Positions 62,801 through 64,000 of a stretch of 64,000 nucleotides of DNA are shown here, in pieces; within the stretch, counting starts at the first letter, position 1, and each line of letters begins with the position of its first letter. The notes below the pieces were generated by a model. It was not told the DNA's origin. It ran no database searches and was given only the letters and a program-made list of their open reading frames with translations. The position numbers and the translations under genes were made by a program. The stretch comes from a virus (lineage: Duplodnaviria > Caudoviricetes): positions 1 through 64,000 of IMG/VR virus record IMGVR_UViG_3300027917_000018; one strand, 5' to 3'.

Positions 62801-63269
62801 AGCTTACGGCGGCGAGGTCCTCAACATGCCCGTGACCTTCAAATTTTACGCCGGGCGGAACATCGCGGGGCGGCATGGTGAAATGGATGTCTGGCTCGAC
62901 CTGGATCAGAGCCTTCCCGGATTCCTCAAAGTCTCGCGCTATCACGTTTTGACCGCCGATGCGGGCCAATATCGCGTCACGGCGCAAATAGGCGACATCA
63001 ACCGGCGCGGTTTGCGAGTTTCCTCCAGCACCGAGGCGAATGAGCTGCTCTTGCCGCGTGTCTACGCAACGACAGAAGGGCAAACGATCGTGGTCGTTGG
63101 CGGTGGCACCGAGATTTACCACGATGGAAATGTTTACGCCGTAGTTGGAACTGACACAGGCATCTCGACCCAAGTCTACACAGCTCAGAGCGTATTTAGT
63201 GGTGGTGCCTGGACCACTGCGGATGGTTCGGCGTGGCTGACATCAGGAACGTTGCCTTGGCTCTCATGA
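59853..63269 (+). CDS. large putative virion (tail/baseplate) protein with PKD/Ig-like N-terminus and Cys-rich middle
   Basis: W.V.LNG...G...F...PG.Y.L..T..D.GN...D Ig/PKD-like pattern; Tyr/Gly/Thr-rich; repeated CY...SC...C units. Confidence 0.65.
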   Translation: MVTLTLNGAPAPTSYALGSVYTLLALVDAQEPLSVEWSVARQGEPPIAGTGPIRFEPVAAETHYLHVAAVGQDGVLQQTVFQLQVVAAGASAMSPTIQWSTTSPAIRQTVVATISAANPSTGSRRPPRNIAWTVYLNGTPILGGEGAQTGFPILYPGVYRLVATLVDEGGNSATADSSIVVPGGFELQTAVVPKQPTGTLYYLGSVYSATVEGYAQLATELPYLVISANSAVHLLPGTTHVIAEVEEGGVVQDEVVLRSRLGNWSLVGGPGGLTTESLFYDYVPAVPLPAPHDRLFRYTLDQWKVGGTSVSDYRFRVRFKCYREGQKLYEYSACPYANYPGGEALREKRMVALITNVDFRLDAESPDNRLGSTDTITYTTPNQITLEGNFTPDGAPYGVAYREEDHGFTAQNIIANYEAAGHPDIKTHAVYGIPGVRPALLDFTQPGLPRIIQYAKRLHGKLVVYMAGGGVSYDTVIWARIYTGKSPGYQVVRLRCADVLYNGSLERYVKVAEADIDLSDFEFGKVGLAIDLTLDEAEAHTTPYYRTEDTDDAWETEEGGFFWQVEESGTDVNYQPPEIAPERVYATSGSQAVHYEGACYYRPVPVAVFDGTHAVAGTVIESCADPVCGDRGVYCYTDGTNFAQVIQPLDHPAPYLAFASDQAHCWYDPYFVAIAGDGTVAINEPYLPYSGTSGCGIGYAYASCGSLAAIAVIYPAAASPHSFVAYGSNCYALSGSVADLRPYETVALVADVTAVASCDDVACTGSDASGDSAWYLDQHGQRVQVYFPHLNQGIPSYGAAQERMSPGYGRTPPGRLYYNSWAQPIWPIMTAQEAATVDFVMTPLGWTRKLYVRRGTTVTEYSYGLGTVRKRIDLQAGDHVFLQFGSRSTNLEGYVDYAKRVTLPAYYDSAVLDTGTASSIRALGFCGFSQVEDYVFFGTLPVETAMSLPNPDSIVTVTGSGAEEQLLVRTFAYGDRYYPLSWPAYGGEVLNMPVTFKFYAGRNIAGRHGEMDVWLDLDQSLPGFLKVSRYHVLTADAGQYRVTAQIGDINRRGLRVSSSTEANELLLPRVYATTEGQTIVVVGGGTEIYHDGNVYAVVGTDTGISTQVYTAQSVFSGGAWTTADGSAWLTSGTLPWLS

Positions 63270-63424
63270 AACGACGAAGCTTCTTCCAACTTCTGGCGGC
63301 AGGCTTTGCGCTCCTCGTAAAAGGGTGCGTGATGCCGCCAATTCAGCCCTATAAAAACGCCTGGCTGACCGAGAACGGCGAGCCCTGGCTCACCGAGGAT
63401 GGTAAACCCTGGCTGATTGAATAG
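63266..63424 (+). CDS. small protein with Tat-like/lipoprotein signal
   Basis: MKRRSFFQLLAAGFALLVKGC followed by WLTENGEPWLTEDGKPWL; ATGA-coupled. Confidence 0.55.
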   Translation: MKRRSFFQLLAAGFALLVKGCVMPPIQPYKNAWLTENGEPWLTEDGKPWLIE

Positions 63425-63432
63425 GAAACGCT

Positions 63433-64000
63433 ATGCCAAAAGTCTCTCAATTTGACGTGGTGACCTCTGTGTCACCGATCGACGATTATGTGCCAATCAT
63501 CGAGCTAACCGGCACTGCCCCGGACACCTACCGCCAGCGCAAGGTTCTCAAGGGCAATTTGTACGGATCGGCAGTCACGTACACCAGCACGGGCAATTAC
63601 TACCCGGACGACGGTGTGGGATTCATCAACATCAATCAAGCCACCGGCTCGGACCAGATCGACGTTCACCTTCCTCTAATTCCGCCGGGTAACACGATCG
63701 CGATTTACGTTCAAAACATCACGTTGATCGGCATTGGCTACGTGCGGATTCATGCGCCAAGTGGAAAGAAGATCGACAAGGCGGGCACGACTGCGGTGGG
63801 GCGCGACAGTGTTTTGCTACCCAAGGCTTTGGGCGCTGCCTATGGGCCGGTTGTGCTGATGGCGACTCCCAACCAGGACTACGCCTATGCCTCGGCCAAT
63901 GTCGGCAGTGCCGGGATGAACTTCCTGTTTTTTCATAGTAGTAGCGTCAGTTTGCCGAACGGAACGGGTTGGCAGCCCTGGCCCAATTTGGCGGCGGCAA
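63433..64000 (+). CDS. tail fibre-like protein, 3'-truncated by the window
   Basis: Open frame from ATG 63433 (MPKVSQFDVVTSVSPIDDYVPII...) to the window end; fibre-like N-terminus. Confidence 0.55.
   Translation, partial: MPKVSQFDVVTSVSPIDDYVPIIELTGTAPDTYRQRKVLKGNLYGSAVTYTSTGNYYPDDGVGFININQATGSDQIDVHLPLIPPGNTIAIYVQNITLIGIGYVRIHAPSGKKIDKAGTTAVGRDSVLLPKALGAAYGPVVLMATPNQDYAYASANVGSAGMNFLFFHSSSVSLPNGTGWQPWPNLAAA

Noticed and set aside
1-64000. Stop-codon reassignment (alternative genetic code), as in some large phages
   Set aside because: Code 11 gives full-length, tightly packed genes, and TAG, TAA and TGA all end recognisable proteins.
1-64000. tRNA, rRNA, integrase, transposase, intron or intein
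   Set aside because: None recognised by eye; RecA, primase and capsid appear uninterrupted. tRNAscan and Infernal were not run.

Overview
This window is a gene-dense, GC-rich (roughly 60% by eye) segment of a large tailed phage genome: a contractile-tailed myovirus, distantly T4-like and probably jumbo-sized. No host housekeeping genes, tRNAs or CRISPR arrays were seen. Portal, terminase, DNA polymerase and baseplate wedge genes are not visible here. Virion genes on both strands: gp21-like prohead protease, gp23-like major capsid, gp13/gp14/gp15-like neck proteins, gp18 sheath, gp19 tube plus a paralog, tape measure, hub, gp5-like spike, gp26-like chaperone and fibre-like proteins. Interleaved replication and recombination genes: UvsY-like, gp32-like SSB, RecA/UvsX, SbcC/gp46, 5'-3' exonuclease, primase and HU/IHF. 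Also present are two adjacent sigma-like factors, a tubulin/FtsZ-family GTPase, a tandem double-GroES and about nine glycosylation/O-methylation genes. Most notable observations: (1) two short motifs (TAGTTA-type and GTTCTT-type) a few nt before start codons, including at 14-24 nt divergent junctions, suggesting compact phage promoters and leaderless mRNAs; (2) a probable programmed +1 frameshift (TTT-TTT-CGT) in the gp26-like gene; (3) a tubulin in a gp23-type phage, together with an SSB carrying a very long mixed-charge disordered tail; (4) strong over-representation of GTAAAC/GTTTAC; (5) an early-gene cassette with three near-identical sigma70-type promoters; (6) a low-GC island with a DNA methyltransferase carrying an atypical MPPW motif. 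All product calls come from motif recognition by eye; no database searches were run.
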